Below are positions 40,813 to 50,079 of a stretch of 64,000 nt of DNA, piece by piece. The position numbers and the translations under genes are program-made. The number at the start of each line of letters is the position of its first letter. Positions within the stretch are counted from its first letter, which is position 1. The stretch spans positions 1 through 64,000 of the IMG/VR virus record IMGVR_UViG_3300021387_001157; one strand, given 5' to 3'. Below the pieces are notes generated by a model, which worked only from the letters and a program-made list of their open reading frames with translations, was not told where the DNA came from and did not search any database. Source of the stretch: a virus. Its lineage: Duplodnaviria > Caudoviricetes.

Positions 40813-41562
40813 TTATGAATAAATTCTATTGTTTATATTTGTTTTTCCTGTGTTCTTTGCATATTTACTTTCACCGGTGTATTTCCCCATTCCACTAAAC
40901 TCACCAAATGAAAGACCCATTTTCCATAAAACGTATGGTACAATAATCTGGTCTCTTCTTGAATTTACCTCTTTATATTTTCTGAAAATCTCATCTTGGA
41001 TTTCTTTACCTTTTTTGTTTTTAAGGTCTGTTAAGATAATGGCAGTTTCGAAAACTATATTCTTTTCTGGATACCTTTCTTCTTTCAGTTTTTTTCTCCA
41101 TTCTGCAAGTTCTTTTAAATTACCAACCTTAACGTCTATAAGATAGTCTATATGTTTATATATACTTTCATAATTTAACTTGTGTTTCGGATATTTCTTT
41201 GGTGAAAAATAATATTGGTGCATAACAAAGCCATATTTCATATTATCCACCATATCATGTACAATTTCATTTGGGTTTTTAAGAAGGATGACTTTCGAGT
41301 CTATATACAAAGAATAATCAAAATCATAGTTTTTGAAATTATCATAAGGATGCCATTTGTAAAGTTTGTTCATATCCTCTTTATACATACCTTCTCTCTC
41401 TGTGTCTACTTTTACCAAATTCCATCCATTCCTTTTAGTCTCACCCTCTTTGACATCATCGGTAAACATAAAATATGTTATATTGTCATCTTTGAAAGTT
41501 ATTTCTGGCCAAGGCTTATTATCTTTGTTATTTGTAATATAACAAAATACTGCAATTTTCAT
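40813..41562 (-). CDS. DUF616 (TOD1/MUCI70-like) glycosyltransferase-like protein
   Basis: FMFTDD, K..PY, YSLYIDS, RRDQIIVPYVLWK. Confidence 0.7.
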   Translation of the reverse strand: MKIAVFCYITNNKDNKPWPEITFKDDNITYFMFTDDVKEGETKRNGWNLVKVDTEREGMYKEDMNKLYKWHPYDNFKNYDFDYSLYIDSKVILLKNPNEIVHDMVDNMKYGFVMHQYYFSPKKYPKHKLNYESIYKHIDYLIDVKVGNLKELAEWRKKLKEERYPEKNIVFETAIILTDLKNKKGKEIQDEIFRKYKEVNSRRDQIIVPYVLWKMGLSFGEFSGMGKYTGESKYAKNTGKTNINNRIYS

Positions 41563-41924
41563 ATTATTATTTTTTCATTTTCTTCGTCAAACATAAAGTC
41601 GGAATCATCCAAATCAGAATCGTCTACAAATCCGAAATTTGATGATAATGTTGATTCCAAATTCTTAAACAATGAATCAAAATCTGATTTCAAATCATCC
41701 ATTCCACTCTTATCAACTCTTCTCGGTGTATATCCGTTATCTACACCAGTCCATTTTGCAAAGGAAATATATCCATGTTCTTTTATATATTCATCCCATT
41801 GCTCGAGTGCATCATCCGGCATTTCGAAATCAATGTCAAAAATTATATCGGACTCACCATATCTTTTACAATCTTCATCCGAAAAAGAATGTTTCTCCTT
41901 GAATTTGTTTAAATATTTTTCCAT
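41559..41924 (-). CDS. Hypothetical acidic protein
   Basis: 121-aa ORF. Confidence 0.55.
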   Translation of the reverse strand: MEKYLNKFKEKHSFSDEDCKRYGESDIIFDIDFEMPDDALEQWDEYIKEHGYISFAKWTGVDNGYTPRRVDKSGMDDLKSDFDSLFKNLESTLSSNFGFVDDSDLDDSDFMFDEENEKIII

Positions 41925-41998
41925 AATTTATTTATGTATATAAAAAAAGAAAGACAATCATTTACGACTGTCTTTTCTTTCTTTTTGTGGAGTATCTC

Positions 41999-43561
41999 TT
42001 AATCGGACAATGCCCTGTCGATAAGAGAGTATCTCTCATTGTCAAGTGTCTCCTTCAAGACCTCCCAAGGGTCAGTCTTTCCAGACATCACCATTCGGAC
42101 GATGTTCACTGAGAAACCAGATACGAGGGCGACACCGTTTTCGTTCTCGGTAACAGGGATGGTGTTGGTTCTAGAATTAACATTCCAGAAGACCAATCTC
42201 GGCATCTTGTAACCGGCAATGTTGTACTCACGGGTGATGTTGTCGAAAAGGGTGTCCATACGACTCTGGAAGTTACCACTCCAACGGTTGATTGTGGTTG
42301 CACTGTCAAACTCCATATCGGAGATGATGAGGATTCTCTCGGGCAAGTCTGACTGCTTCATCCTATACTTCTTGGCGGTGTTGAGAATAAGCATGAACAC
42401 TTTCTCAATATCGGTATTGGAACAATCGTCGTACTTTGCAATATGTTTGATTTTGTCAAGCAAAGTGTTGCACCCACTGATGTCGATGAACTGTGGATGA
42501 CTCGAGAACTCGATGAACTTGTTCTTGAACTCTCCCTCACATCTTTCGGCGAAGTACACTGAGAGGGAACGGCTTACGTCGATTGCATGAACAGAAGAGC
42601 CACCGATGGATGACTCCATAGAACTGGAGCCGTCACAGACGACCATAGTATTACCACAATCGGGTGTCTCCTTCAAGTTCTGCCACAAAGCCTCAAGGGA
42701 GTTGTCGAGTTGGATTCCACGATAGTTAACCCATCGACAACCACGATTGATGTACTTCGACCATATCTCGTGTGGATATAGAACACTGGCGTTAATCTTC
42801 GGTTTGTTTTCCGAAGTGGTGTCGAGAACTGCATCGAGGAATGCCTGCCGACGGTCACCATCGTGCTTCAAGAAGGCATCTTTGTAACGAAGATTTGCCT
42901 TTGAAGGAACTGCCTCATAGTCAATCTCATCCCAACGGTTTGCACAAGTCTTGTTCTCTACGATACCGATGTAGGCACGGAGTTTGGAGAGCATCTTACG
43001 GTATTCCTTGTTGGAAAGACCGAGATAGTTTCTCAACTCAATTGCCATAGGACGGGCACTGTCGGAAGCGTTGATGGAAGGAATCCACTTTGCAAGCAGA
43101 GAAACACTCTTACCATCAGTGAAGTTGTCAATGTCTGACTTCAGTTGGTTCTTGATGATATTGAAGCAAACACCCTTCAACTCGTCGTTTTTGGCATACT
43201 TCATAATGTCAAACAAATCCTTCCAACGACCATACTCACCAACAAGGGAGATAACCTTGGCAGCCTTTCCTTTGTCGAAGGAGAAGAACTGAGTGAAGAA
43301 ATCTACGAAAGCTTTCTTCTCACCGAGACCCTCACGAGCGTCACGGAGGAAAAACAACCACTTGATGGCATACGAAAGATTGTTTCTCATTGCATCCTCA
43401 AATGCAAATAAGGAATCGGTAGGGACACCTCTACGGAAATAGGGAACCTTGAAGTTAAGGTCTACAAGGATGTTACCGGTTGTTGAATGACCGGTTGCAC
43501 CATTCTCAGTGTACTGCATTGAATTTGTTCTGTTGATTTCTTTCTGAAATTCGTTCATCAT
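41999..43561 (-). CDS. DUF2828 / TROVE(Ro60)-like protein with vWA domain
   Basis: YTENGA, LRDAREGLGEK, EYGRWKDL, SLLAKWIPS, VPSKA, LYPHEI; MIDAS CDGSSSM; IISDMEFD; VFWNV; LVSGFS. Confidence 0.85.
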   Translation of the reverse strand: MMNEFQKEINRTNSMQYTENGATGHSTTGNILVDLNFKVPYFRRGVPTDSLFAFEDAMRNNLSYAIKWLFFLRDAREGLGEKKAFVDFFTQFFSFDKGKAAKVISLVGEYGRWKDLFDIMKYAKNDELKGVCFNIIKNQLKSDIDNFTDGKSVSLLAKWIPSINASDSARPMAIELRNYLGLSNKEYRKMLSKLRAYIGIVENKTCANRWDEIDYEAVPSKANLRYKDAFLKHDGDRRQAFLDAVLDTTSENKPKINASVLYPHEIWSKYINRGCRWVNYRGIQLDNSLEALWQNLKETPDCGNTMVVCDGSSSMESSIGGSSVHAIDVSRSLSVYFAERCEGEFKNKFIEFSSHPQFIDISGCNTLLDKIKHIAKYDDCSNTDIEKVFMLILNTAKKYRMKQSDLPERILIISDMEFDSATTINRWSGNFQSRMDTLFDNITREYNIAGYKMPRLVFWNVNSRTNTIPVTENENGVALVSGFSVNIVRMVMSGKTDPWEVLKETLDNERYSLIDRALSD

Positions 43562-43685
43562 AACTTTTTCTTTTTTTTTTACAAGATTCTGTTCAACATT
43601 TTTCTGCTGTCAAGAATCTTTAGTTAATAATTCCGTTTATTGTTTTGTAAAGATACTATTTTTCCTATTAAAAATAACAAAAAAA

Positions 43686-43922
43686 TTATTCAGTTTTGTA
43701 TTTTTTCATTTTTTCACAATTGTTTTTTCCACAATAGAGATAGCACGACTCACCATGTTCTGTACAATCTTTATAGACTGCATCCATTTCGTTGCAACAT
43801 CTCCAGTCACCGATACAACCGAGTCCTTGATAACCAAGACACTTTCCACCCTCACCCTCTTGTGGTTTGGTACATGTCTTGCATCTTTCGAATCTTTTTC
43901 TCGTTTCTTCTTTGACACACAT
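43686..43922 (-). CDS. Small Cys-rich protein
   Basis: MCVKEETRK... with many Cys; ATG 43922 next to smpB stop. Confidence 0.5.
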   Translation of the reverse strand: MCVKEETRKRFERCKTCTKPQEGEGGKCLGYQGLGCIGDWRCCNEMDAVYKDCTEHGESCYLYCGKNNCEKMKKYKTE

Positions 43923-43923
43923 A

Positions 43924-44376
43924 TCAGTATTCTCTTTTTGCTTGACGGTCGATGTCTCTTTCCTTGATAGACTGTCTCTTGTCATAGTCGTGTTTACCCT
44001 TGGCTAAAGCAATCTTCAGTTTGGCGAGTCCATTTTCATTTATAAAGAGATACACAGGTACTATAGTCATCCCGTTTTCTGATACTGTCTTTGAGAGTTT
44101 TCGAATTTCTTTCTTATTGAGAAGAAGTTTCTTGTCACGGAGAGGGTCTGATTTCTCATACCCTTTCTTATCATATTCGGATATGTTGAGATTTTTGACA
44201 AAGACCTCACCATCCTTTACGTAGCAGAACGATGACTCGTTCATACTCACCTTCCCCTCTCGGATTGACTTTATCTCACAACCCGTGAGTACTATACCGG
44301 CGACGAACTCTTCAATCAGTTCGTAGTTGAAATGCACCTTTCGGTTTTCTATCCTTTTTGTTCCCGTATTTTTCAT
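43924..44376 (-). CDS. smpB: SsrA-binding protein SmpB
   Basis: NRKVHFNY, AGIVLTGCEIKSIR, KKLLLNKKEI, TIVP, LAKGKHDYDKRQSIK; start ATG 44376. Confidence 0.95.
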   Translation of the reverse strand: MKNTGTKRIENRKVHFNYELIEEFVAGIVLTGCEIKSIREGKVSMNESSFCYVKDGEVFVKNLNISEYDKKGYEKSDPLRDKKLLLNKKEIRKLSKTVSENGMTIVPVYLFINENGLAKLKIALAKGKHDYDKRQSIKERDIDRQAKREY

Positions 44377-44594
44377 TGGACGACAAGGAAGTTTTGAATT
44401 ATAAACCAGGCAAAGAAACAAACGAGTCCGAATGAAATCAACGACCCAATCTCCAACCCAATCATGTGGTCTGTTCGACTAGTATCGAACCCCTTTTCTC
44501 TTTCGAGCATATCACATGTAAATCTGTGATGGGAACGCTCATATGAGAATAAGAGATATAATCCGATTATTAAAATGATGTATTTCCAAACCAT
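44373..44594 (-). CDS. Small two-TM membrane protein
   Basis: Two hydrophobic segments; ATGA overlap with smpB. Confidence 0.55.
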   Translation of the reverse strand: MVWKYIILIIGLYLLFSYERSHHRFTCDMLEREKGFDTSRTDHMIGLEIGSLISFGLVCFFAWFIIQNFLVVQ

Positions 44595-44596
44595 AG

Positions 44597-45208
44597 TTAT
44601 TCCTCCACATCTTTATAGTACAATACTGTTGGTGTTCCGTCGTGAATGTCAATCGTTTTTCCGTAGATTGCAGAAAACGTCTTCTTGTTGAACGGTCTCG
44701 TGATGAGGTGGATACCGTGAGGTGTCGGAATCTCGGCGACAATCTTCTCACGGTCAAACGGCTCACACTGGTTGACTGCTTCGATGATGTACGAGAGTTC
44801 TATGTTGTCCTTGGTGTCTACATCGACAATCCAAGTCTTGTTTCCGTCACAGGCACCGGTCTGACCACAAGCAGTTTCGAAAATACTACGAAAAGTGTGG
44901 TATTCCTCGTGTGCAACAAGGTGTGCCATAAGTTCAAGACCCTTCATAGACACCTGCTTCTTGTTTTTCTTGTTGAGGTTGATGCAGGCACGGGCGTTGA
45001 AGAACTCACAGAGAGACTTGATTTCCTCACGTCTCTCTTCAAGGTACTCGATGGAGTCGGCGAAATATGATTTGATGATACGGACACTGCTTGAAGCACG
45101 ACCATCGTTCTGGTCCTTACCTCTCTGCATAATCTGAATCATATAGAAGTCACCATCGTTCTTGAAGTCGAGTAACTTTTCAATCTGGTCAAAATTATCT
45201 ACTGTCAT
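44597..45208 (-). CDS. Phage protein with AEP/primpol-like motifs
   Basis: WIVDVD (DxD) and TPHGIHLI (TxxGxH). Confidence 0.45.
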   Translation of the reverse strand: MTVDNFDQIEKLLDFKNDGDFYMIQIMQRGKDQNDGRASSSVRIIKSYFADSIEYLEERREEIKSLCEFFNARACINLNKKNKKQVSMKGLELMAHLVAHEEYHTFRSIFETACGQTGACDGNKTWIVDVDTKDNIELSYIIEAVNQCEPFDREKIVAEIPTPHGIHLITRPFNKKTFSAIYGKTIDIHDGTPTVLYYKDVEE

Positions 45209-45258
45209 ATCGTTTTTTTTTCAAAGATACTATTATTTTTTTGAAATATCAAAATTTT

Positions 45259-45432
45259 CTACTCACAATCCGGTTCATGTACAAACACTATGTCGTCACA
45301 GAGTTTTATTTCGTGGTTTCTCAAATGAACACGAACAGCATCGTCGAAATAACAAGGGCAGTCAACGTGGTCTATATCGTTGCAATCCAACGTTTCTGTC
45401 TCAACACCAAGACTATAAAGTTTAACTTTCAT
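45259..45432 (-). CDS. Small hypothetical protein (57 aa)
   Basis: Manual translation MKVKLYSLGVE...HEPDCE. Confidence 0.45.
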   Translation of the reverse strand: MKVKLYSLGVETETLDCNDIDHVDCPCYFDDAVRVHLRNHEIKLCDDIVFVHEPDCE

Positions 45433-45658
45433 CTTTCTTATCTTTTATGTATTTCAAAAAGTTATTAACTGGCCATTCAACATATGTGGCAAACAAAACA
45501 CTCCAACACAAGAAAAAGATTGACACCTTTATCCTTTTCGGTCTTCCAATCCTCTTTGTCACTTTTATTGTCGGTAAAAGATATATTTCGTGTTTGTTCC
45601 AATGGGAAATCACAACAAATTTCTTTGTCGACCCATCCTTGTTAGTTTTATACCACAT
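45422..45658 (-). CDS. Hypothetical protein
   Basis: ORF in tightly packed minus-strand run. Confidence 0.5.
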   Translation of the reverse strand: MWYKTNKDGSTKKFVVISHWNKHEIYLLPTIKVTKRIGRPKRIKVSIFFLCWSVLFATYVEWPVNNFLKYIKDKKDES

Positions 45659-45941
45659 ATAGATAGTTTTTTATAATCTCTCTGTTACATATTTTCTTCG
45701 GATACCTTTTCTCAAGATACTCGATAAATTCATAATCATTGACGGCATCGAACAAACATCCTTCGAGTTCCGGATAGTCATCGACCTTTTCACCAACATG
45801 CTCTTTGAGAATTTCCATCAACTCGTGGACTTCTATTTCTCTACGACCCCTCTTCTTATTGAGAATAGACATTATATCAATCTCATCAAGAAGATTGAAT
45901 GTGGTCTGCATGGATTTTTCAAAATCAAAATCTATTTTCAT
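45648..45941 (-). CDS. Hypothetical protein
   Basis: 97-aa ORF. Confidence 0.55.
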   Translation of the reverse strand: MKIDFDFEKSMQTTFNLLDEIDIMSILNKKRGRREIEVHELMEILKEHVGEKVDDYPELEGCLFDAVNDYEFIEYLEKRYPKKICNREIIKNYLYVV

Positions 45942-45943
45942 TT

Positions 45944-46531
45944 TTAAGATATTATTATGTCAACCTTACCATTACTCGGTAAGTATTTTCTATATTCTTT
46001 CATCCAAGGGTCACGACTGTTGATGTTCTGTGCATAGCAACTCTCAAAGGCGTTTCTTGTCGACGACTCTCTTATAAATAGAATACGGACGACTTTCATC
46101 CTTGATATTGCATCAGTGAATTTATTTTTGTCAAACTCAAGACCTTCATACTTGTTTGGAACATATTCGGTTATTGCACATTCTTGTTTCCTCTCATCGA
46201 GAATGTTTTGAACAACCTTTTTGATTTTTCCCTCGTTGTTTTGGTGTATGAGACATTTCGTGTCACCGTATGATATTGTGAGTTTGACAACCTCCATACG
46301 TCTCCCGTTTCTGTCGAAGAGAAATTCAAACTCATCAACATCAGTCTTTGTGATATCGTGTCTCATCAACCACAAGACAATATTGTCTTTGAGTTGGTAA
46401 TATTGGTTCCTTGTGATTATGTCCTTTACATCAAAGGTTTTCATAATCCGGTTGGTATAGGAAATATCCTCCAACAATTGTTTGAAGTCAACCTCTACGG
46501 CAACATTATTTTCCATATTCTCATTTAACAC
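45944..46531 (-). CDS. Hypothetical protein
   Basis: 195-aa ORF. Confidence 0.6.
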   Translation of the reverse strand: MLNENMENNVAVEVDFKQLLEDISYTNRIMKTFDVKDIITRNQYYQLKDNIVLWLMRHDITKTDVDEFEFLFDRNGRRMEVVKLTISYGDTKCLIHQNNEGKIKKVVQNILDERKQECAITEYVPNKYEGLEFDKNKFTDAISRMKVVRILFIRESSTRNAFESCYAQNINSRDPWMKEYRKYLPSNGKVDIIIS

Positions 46532-46535
46532 CTTG

Positions 46536-46724
46536 TTATTTCGTTCTTGTCACTACGATTATTGAGTTCCCATTGTAAGGTCTGACCAAGATGTCATCCC
46601 CCTCGATTTCGAGGAGTTTAAGACCGTCTGCCTCCTGTTTGACCATAAATTCTTTGTCGTGAATCTTGATACGTATTGCATCGGTTTCGACAAATTCGGA
46701 TGAATGATTCAATTTTACTTCCAT
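46536..46724 (-). CDS. Hypothetical protein
   Basis: ATG 46724 follows promoter motif at 46740-46757. Confidence 0.55.
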   Translation of the reverse strand: MEVKLNHSSEFVETDAIRIKIHDKEFMVKQEADGLKLLEIEGDDILVRPYNGNSIIVVTRTK

Positions 46725-46772
46725 ATATGTTCTTTTTTTCAAAGATACTATTTTTTTCTGGAAGTTCAAAAT

Positions 46773-47396
46773 TTAAATTGGTTTAGGACATAGTTCCACC
46801 ATGTCGTGGTGCCACTTTTTCCAAATGGGTTTGTATTTCTTGTTGAAATCTTCCCATCCGAAACCGTTGTTCAAATCATCCATGATTTCTTTGTTGAGTT
46901 CCACACCACACTTGTAGTCCACAATACGACCCCACTTTGCAATCTGCACGGCGAACATAAGAATACGTATAGAATGGAAGAGTGACTTTGCACCACACCT
47001 CATATCAAGGTCTTTTTCCACCGTCATCTTTTTCTTGGCCTTGACCCACGAATTGGACGAGACTCCGGAAAACTCTTGTCTCAACTTCCACTTGTCAAGT
47101 TCGAAATGAATCAAGTAGTTGTGGCAGCAATCCTGAAAAAGTGCTTCTAAGGCAAAGATACGATGTTCTCTAAGCATCTCTATGAAATCACTTTCACGGA
47201 CATACTGCATGTCTGCCTGTCGACCGAACTTCTCTACACTCATAGAGAATATTCTATTCTCGTATCCTGTCTCTGATGTCGATGTGGTATTGGACAAATC
47301 AAAGTAGTCTGGAACGATGAAACCGAAATCCAAATCTGACATTTCATCATTCGTTCCAAAGAGATACGAACCCCGTTCAAACATTAAATTACTCAT
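46773..47396 (-). CDS. Pol-beta-family nucleotidyltransferase
   Basis: RGSYLFGT..MSDLDF (GS..DxD); KSLFHSIRIL; start ATG 47396. Confidence 0.75.
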   Translation of the reverse strand: MSNLMFERGSYLFGTNDEMSDLDFGFIVPDYFDLSNTTSTSETGYENRIFSMSVEKFGRQADMQYVRESDFIEMLREHRIFALEALFQDCCHNYLIHFELDKWKLRQEFSGVSSNSWVKAKKKMTVEKDLDMRCGAKSLFHSIRILMFAVQIAKWGRIVDYKCGVELNKEIMDDLNNGFGWEDFNKKYKPIWKKWHHDMVELCPKPI

Positions 47397-47528
47397 ATTA
47401 TAATTGTTATTTTTTCGAAAATCGAAAAATCTTTTTCGAAATTGATTTTTCACATATCATTTTTTCGATGATTTTTCGAAATTGATTATTTAATACGTTT
47501 CAAAAGATACTATTTATTTTCGAAAAAC

Positions 47529-47562
47529 AAAAAAAAAGGAGGATTTTTTTCCTCCTTTTTTT
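47529..47562 (-). terminator. Intrinsic terminator
   Basis: AAAAGGAGGA..TCCTCCTTTT. Confidence 0.75.
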
Positions 47563-48448
47563 AATCACCCCTATATCCATTTTTCACAAAACTTTCATAA
47601 GTCTCGTATACATACCCGTCTGATAAGTCTCGTTTATTGATATAAACGTCGTAGTAGTATTCGTATGGGTTACTTTTACTCAATAACGATTTTTTATATT
47701 TTACATAATCGGATTCAATTATATGACCCAAAGAGTCTTTTATATATTTAGGTAAATCCACATAATCAACCCTTTTATAATTTTCAGGATTCTTCTCAAC
47801 GTCTGCTTTCAATATTTCTACGTATTTTTCATATTCTTTGAGAAGTTCTTTCTGTCTTTTATCCTCAATCTCTTTTTCCATACGTCTTTTCTCAGCACGT
47901 CTTTTTTCTTCTTCCATACGTTCTTTTTTTGCACGAAGTTCATTATACACAACATCTTCACCGGAAGTCTTCAGTCTCAACCAAAGTTTTAACTTTTTCG
48001 AAAGTGCCATCACCTTTGGATGAACATACATGAAATAGAAATATTTCTCATCCCTATTGAAAAATACATAATATATTTTTCCAGAACTTGTTTTACAAGA
48101 AGTAACTTCATCTACGTTTTTTGAAATTATTTCGGAAAACTCTTCATATGTGACGGAACCAGCATCGTTCTCTTCCAATGTGACACTCAAACCATCAGAT
48201 GTAAAATTGTCACACACTTTCTTTATCCGTTCAGTGAAGACTTTCTCAAACCCGTCATTGTGATATCTGTTAATATCTTTCCAGTCACAATATATTGTAC
48301 CAAGAAATCTATATCTGTATTTTTCAGACATGAAATTTTTCTTCATCATACCATAAGTAGGCCAGTGACTGTTTATTTCAATTTCGTCGAAACTCTTAAC
48401 ATCCTTTTCTTCATTTATCTTGAAATATTCATCAAATTTTAAAACCAT
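47561..48448 (-). CDS. Hypothetical late-expressed protein
   Basis: N-terminal VLKFDEYFKINE; CATAAATA at 48474-48481. Confidence 0.55.
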   Translation of the reverse strand: MVLKFDEYFKINEEKDVKSFDEIEINSHWPTYGMMKKNFMSEKYRYRFLGTIYCDWKDINRYHNDGFEKVFTERIKKVCDNFTSDGLSVTLEENDAGSVTYEEFSEIISKNVDEVTSCKTSSGKIYYVFFNRDEKYFYFMYVHPKVMALSKKLKLWLRLKTSGEDVVYNELRAKKERMEEEKRRAEKRRMEKEIEDKRQKELLKEYEKYVEILKADVEKNPENYKRVDYVDLPKYIKDSLGHIIESDYVKYKKSLLSKSNPYEYYYDVYINKRDLSDGYVYETYESFVKNGYRGD

Positions 48449-48472
48449 TAGAATAAAAATACATTATATATA

Positions 48473-49909
48473 TTATTTATGACACACTATGTCTACACTT
48501 TCACTTGCTCTCGTGATGGCGACATACCTCAACTGCCTTCTCATCTTTTTATCCATACACGAACATATATCAATGTCGTTTATGAAAACGTGGTTGAAAG
48601 TGCTTCCTTGACTCTTGTGGATTGTGTGTGCATATCCATAGTCGATGACTTTTCCTTGAAGCAAAAAACCATAGTTATCACGAATGTTGTCGTTAACAAA
48701 AAGCATGTTGTCTATCTCATTGATACGTGCAAGATAGTTCGGTTTCTCATTAAGCGGTGCAGACTTCCACCTATTCCACAGAAGTTTCTTCTGATAACTC
48801 AAAAGTTTGGTTGCCCTCAAATTATCCTGACTTTCCTTCACATCAATGTAAGGCACAACAACATTGAGTCCTAGAGCATCTTTCAATTTCAACTTTTTAA
48901 TTGTCAATGGAATATAATCGTCACCACTATATTCAACCTCAATATATTCGGCAACATCCTTTGTTTCTTCATTTACGATTTCAACAACTTGATAACTTTC
49001 TGAGTTTATAAACCGGTACGGTGTTCCGGTATATCTTCTTGAATAGTCATAACCCCAGTTTGCATAAGACATCATCGGTTCTCCTTTCTGTGGGTCAAGA
49101 CCGTCATATCCAAGTTTTTTACGGATGGCGTAGTTTAGTGTTTCCACATTCTTGTTCGTAAAAGAAAGGACACGGAAGAAATTTGGGTTGTCTTTCAGAC
49201 CGGGAATATATGTTTCGAAAATCTCACTCACTTTCTTTCCGTCGGTGTGGTCAATGAAAGTGATTCCATTATCATCCTCATAACTCAGTTCGGCACCATT
49301 TCTGATTGCTGTCGCCTCTTTTAGAATACCGTTGTCACCAGTTCTCTCAACCTTGGTGAGCGTGATGATTTTTCCCAATTTCTGTCTGAACACAATTGAA
49401 ATGTCATCCTCCTTTACCGGAGCGAGCTGTGCAGGGTCTCCAACGAATATGACCTTGCATTTAAACTCTTGACACTTTTCCATCACGTCGGAGAAATTCT
49501 CCTCACTCAACATCGACGCTTCGTCTATGATTACAACGGAACCTTTCATCAACTTGTTGTCACCCTCACGTCTCTTCTTCAAAGACACGTCGAAATTCTC
49601 GACATCTAAATCTTGTTCTATGACGATACCGAAAAGAGAATTTACAGTACTTACGTGTTCGTTGACCTTTTCTTTCAAGACACCGGCGGCCTTATGGGTG
49701 GTCGCTGCAAACTGAAGACGGACATCATATCTGAAAATATCCCTTATGATGCCCATCAACGTTGTCTTTCCAGTACCGGCATATCCCATCAACGTTAGAC
49801 ACGTCCGGTCACTCTGTATGAAATCTACAATCTCTTCAACCGCCGCTATCTGTTCGTCATTGAGTTGGAGGTCAACATTTACTTTCTTACCCCTAAATTC
49901 ATATTTCAT
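48473..49909 (-). CDS. Dda/RecD-like SF1B DNA helicase
   Basis: GYAGTGKT, IIDEASM, VGDPAQLAPV, YAHTIHKSQGST, YVAITRA. Confidence 0.9.
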   Translation of the reverse strand: MKYEFRGKKVNVDLQLNDEQIAAVEEIVDFIQSDRTCLTLMGYAGTGKTTLMGIIRDIFRYDVRLQFAATTHKAAGVLKEKVNEHVSTVNSLFGIVIEQDLDVENFDVSLKKRREGDNKLMKGSVVIIDEASMLSEENFSDVMEKCQEFKCKVIFVGDPAQLAPVKEDDISIVFRQKLGKIITLTKVERTGDNGILKEATAIRNGAELSYEDDNGITFIDHTDGKKVSEIFETYIPGLKDNPNFFRVLSFTNKNVETLNYAIRKKLGYDGLDPQKGEPMMSYANWGYDYSRRYTGTPYRFINSESYQVVEIVNEETKDVAEYIEVEYSGDDYIPLTIKKLKLKDALGLNVVVPYIDVKESQDNLRATKLLSYQKKLLWNRWKSAPLNEKPNYLARINEIDNMLFVNDNIRDNYGFLLQGKVIDYGYAHTIHKSQGSTFNHVFINDIDICSCMDKKMRRQLRYVAITRASESVDIVCHK

Positions 49910-50079
49910 ATCCAACCAAGATTTTTAAGATATATGAAAAGTAGAACAACATTTAACAATATAAATAAAATCCCCGACGATATATTATCTCTATTTTCGA
50001 TGTTAACAATCCCATCATATATTAGATATATACCACCAATGATTGCTACGATTGATAAAATAATTCCTATAATAATCAT
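49906..50079 (-). CDS. Small two-TM membrane protein (57 aa)
   Basis: Manual translation MIIIGIILSIVAIIGG...; ATGA overlaps at both ends. Confidence 0.55.
   Translation of the reverse strand: MIIIGIILSIVAIIGGIYLIYDGIVNIENRDNISSGILFILLNVVLLFIYLKNLGWI

Larger units (their letters stand above)
4510..48481. promoter_or_regulatory. Late-type promoter motif CATAAATA (T4 TATAAATA-like): minus 4510, 5303, 8668, 12518, 15676, 25332, 30084, 41929, 48474; plus 5322, 8650, 19029, 21631, 30115, 32183, 34692
   Basis: Same 8-mer, correctly oriented, mostly ~20-30 nt upstream of structural/lysis gene starts. Confidence 0.75.

Noticed and set aside
43924-44376. tmRNA or tRNA genes near smpB
   Set aside because: No tRNA-like cloverleaf or tmRNA ends recognised by eye; they may lie outside the window
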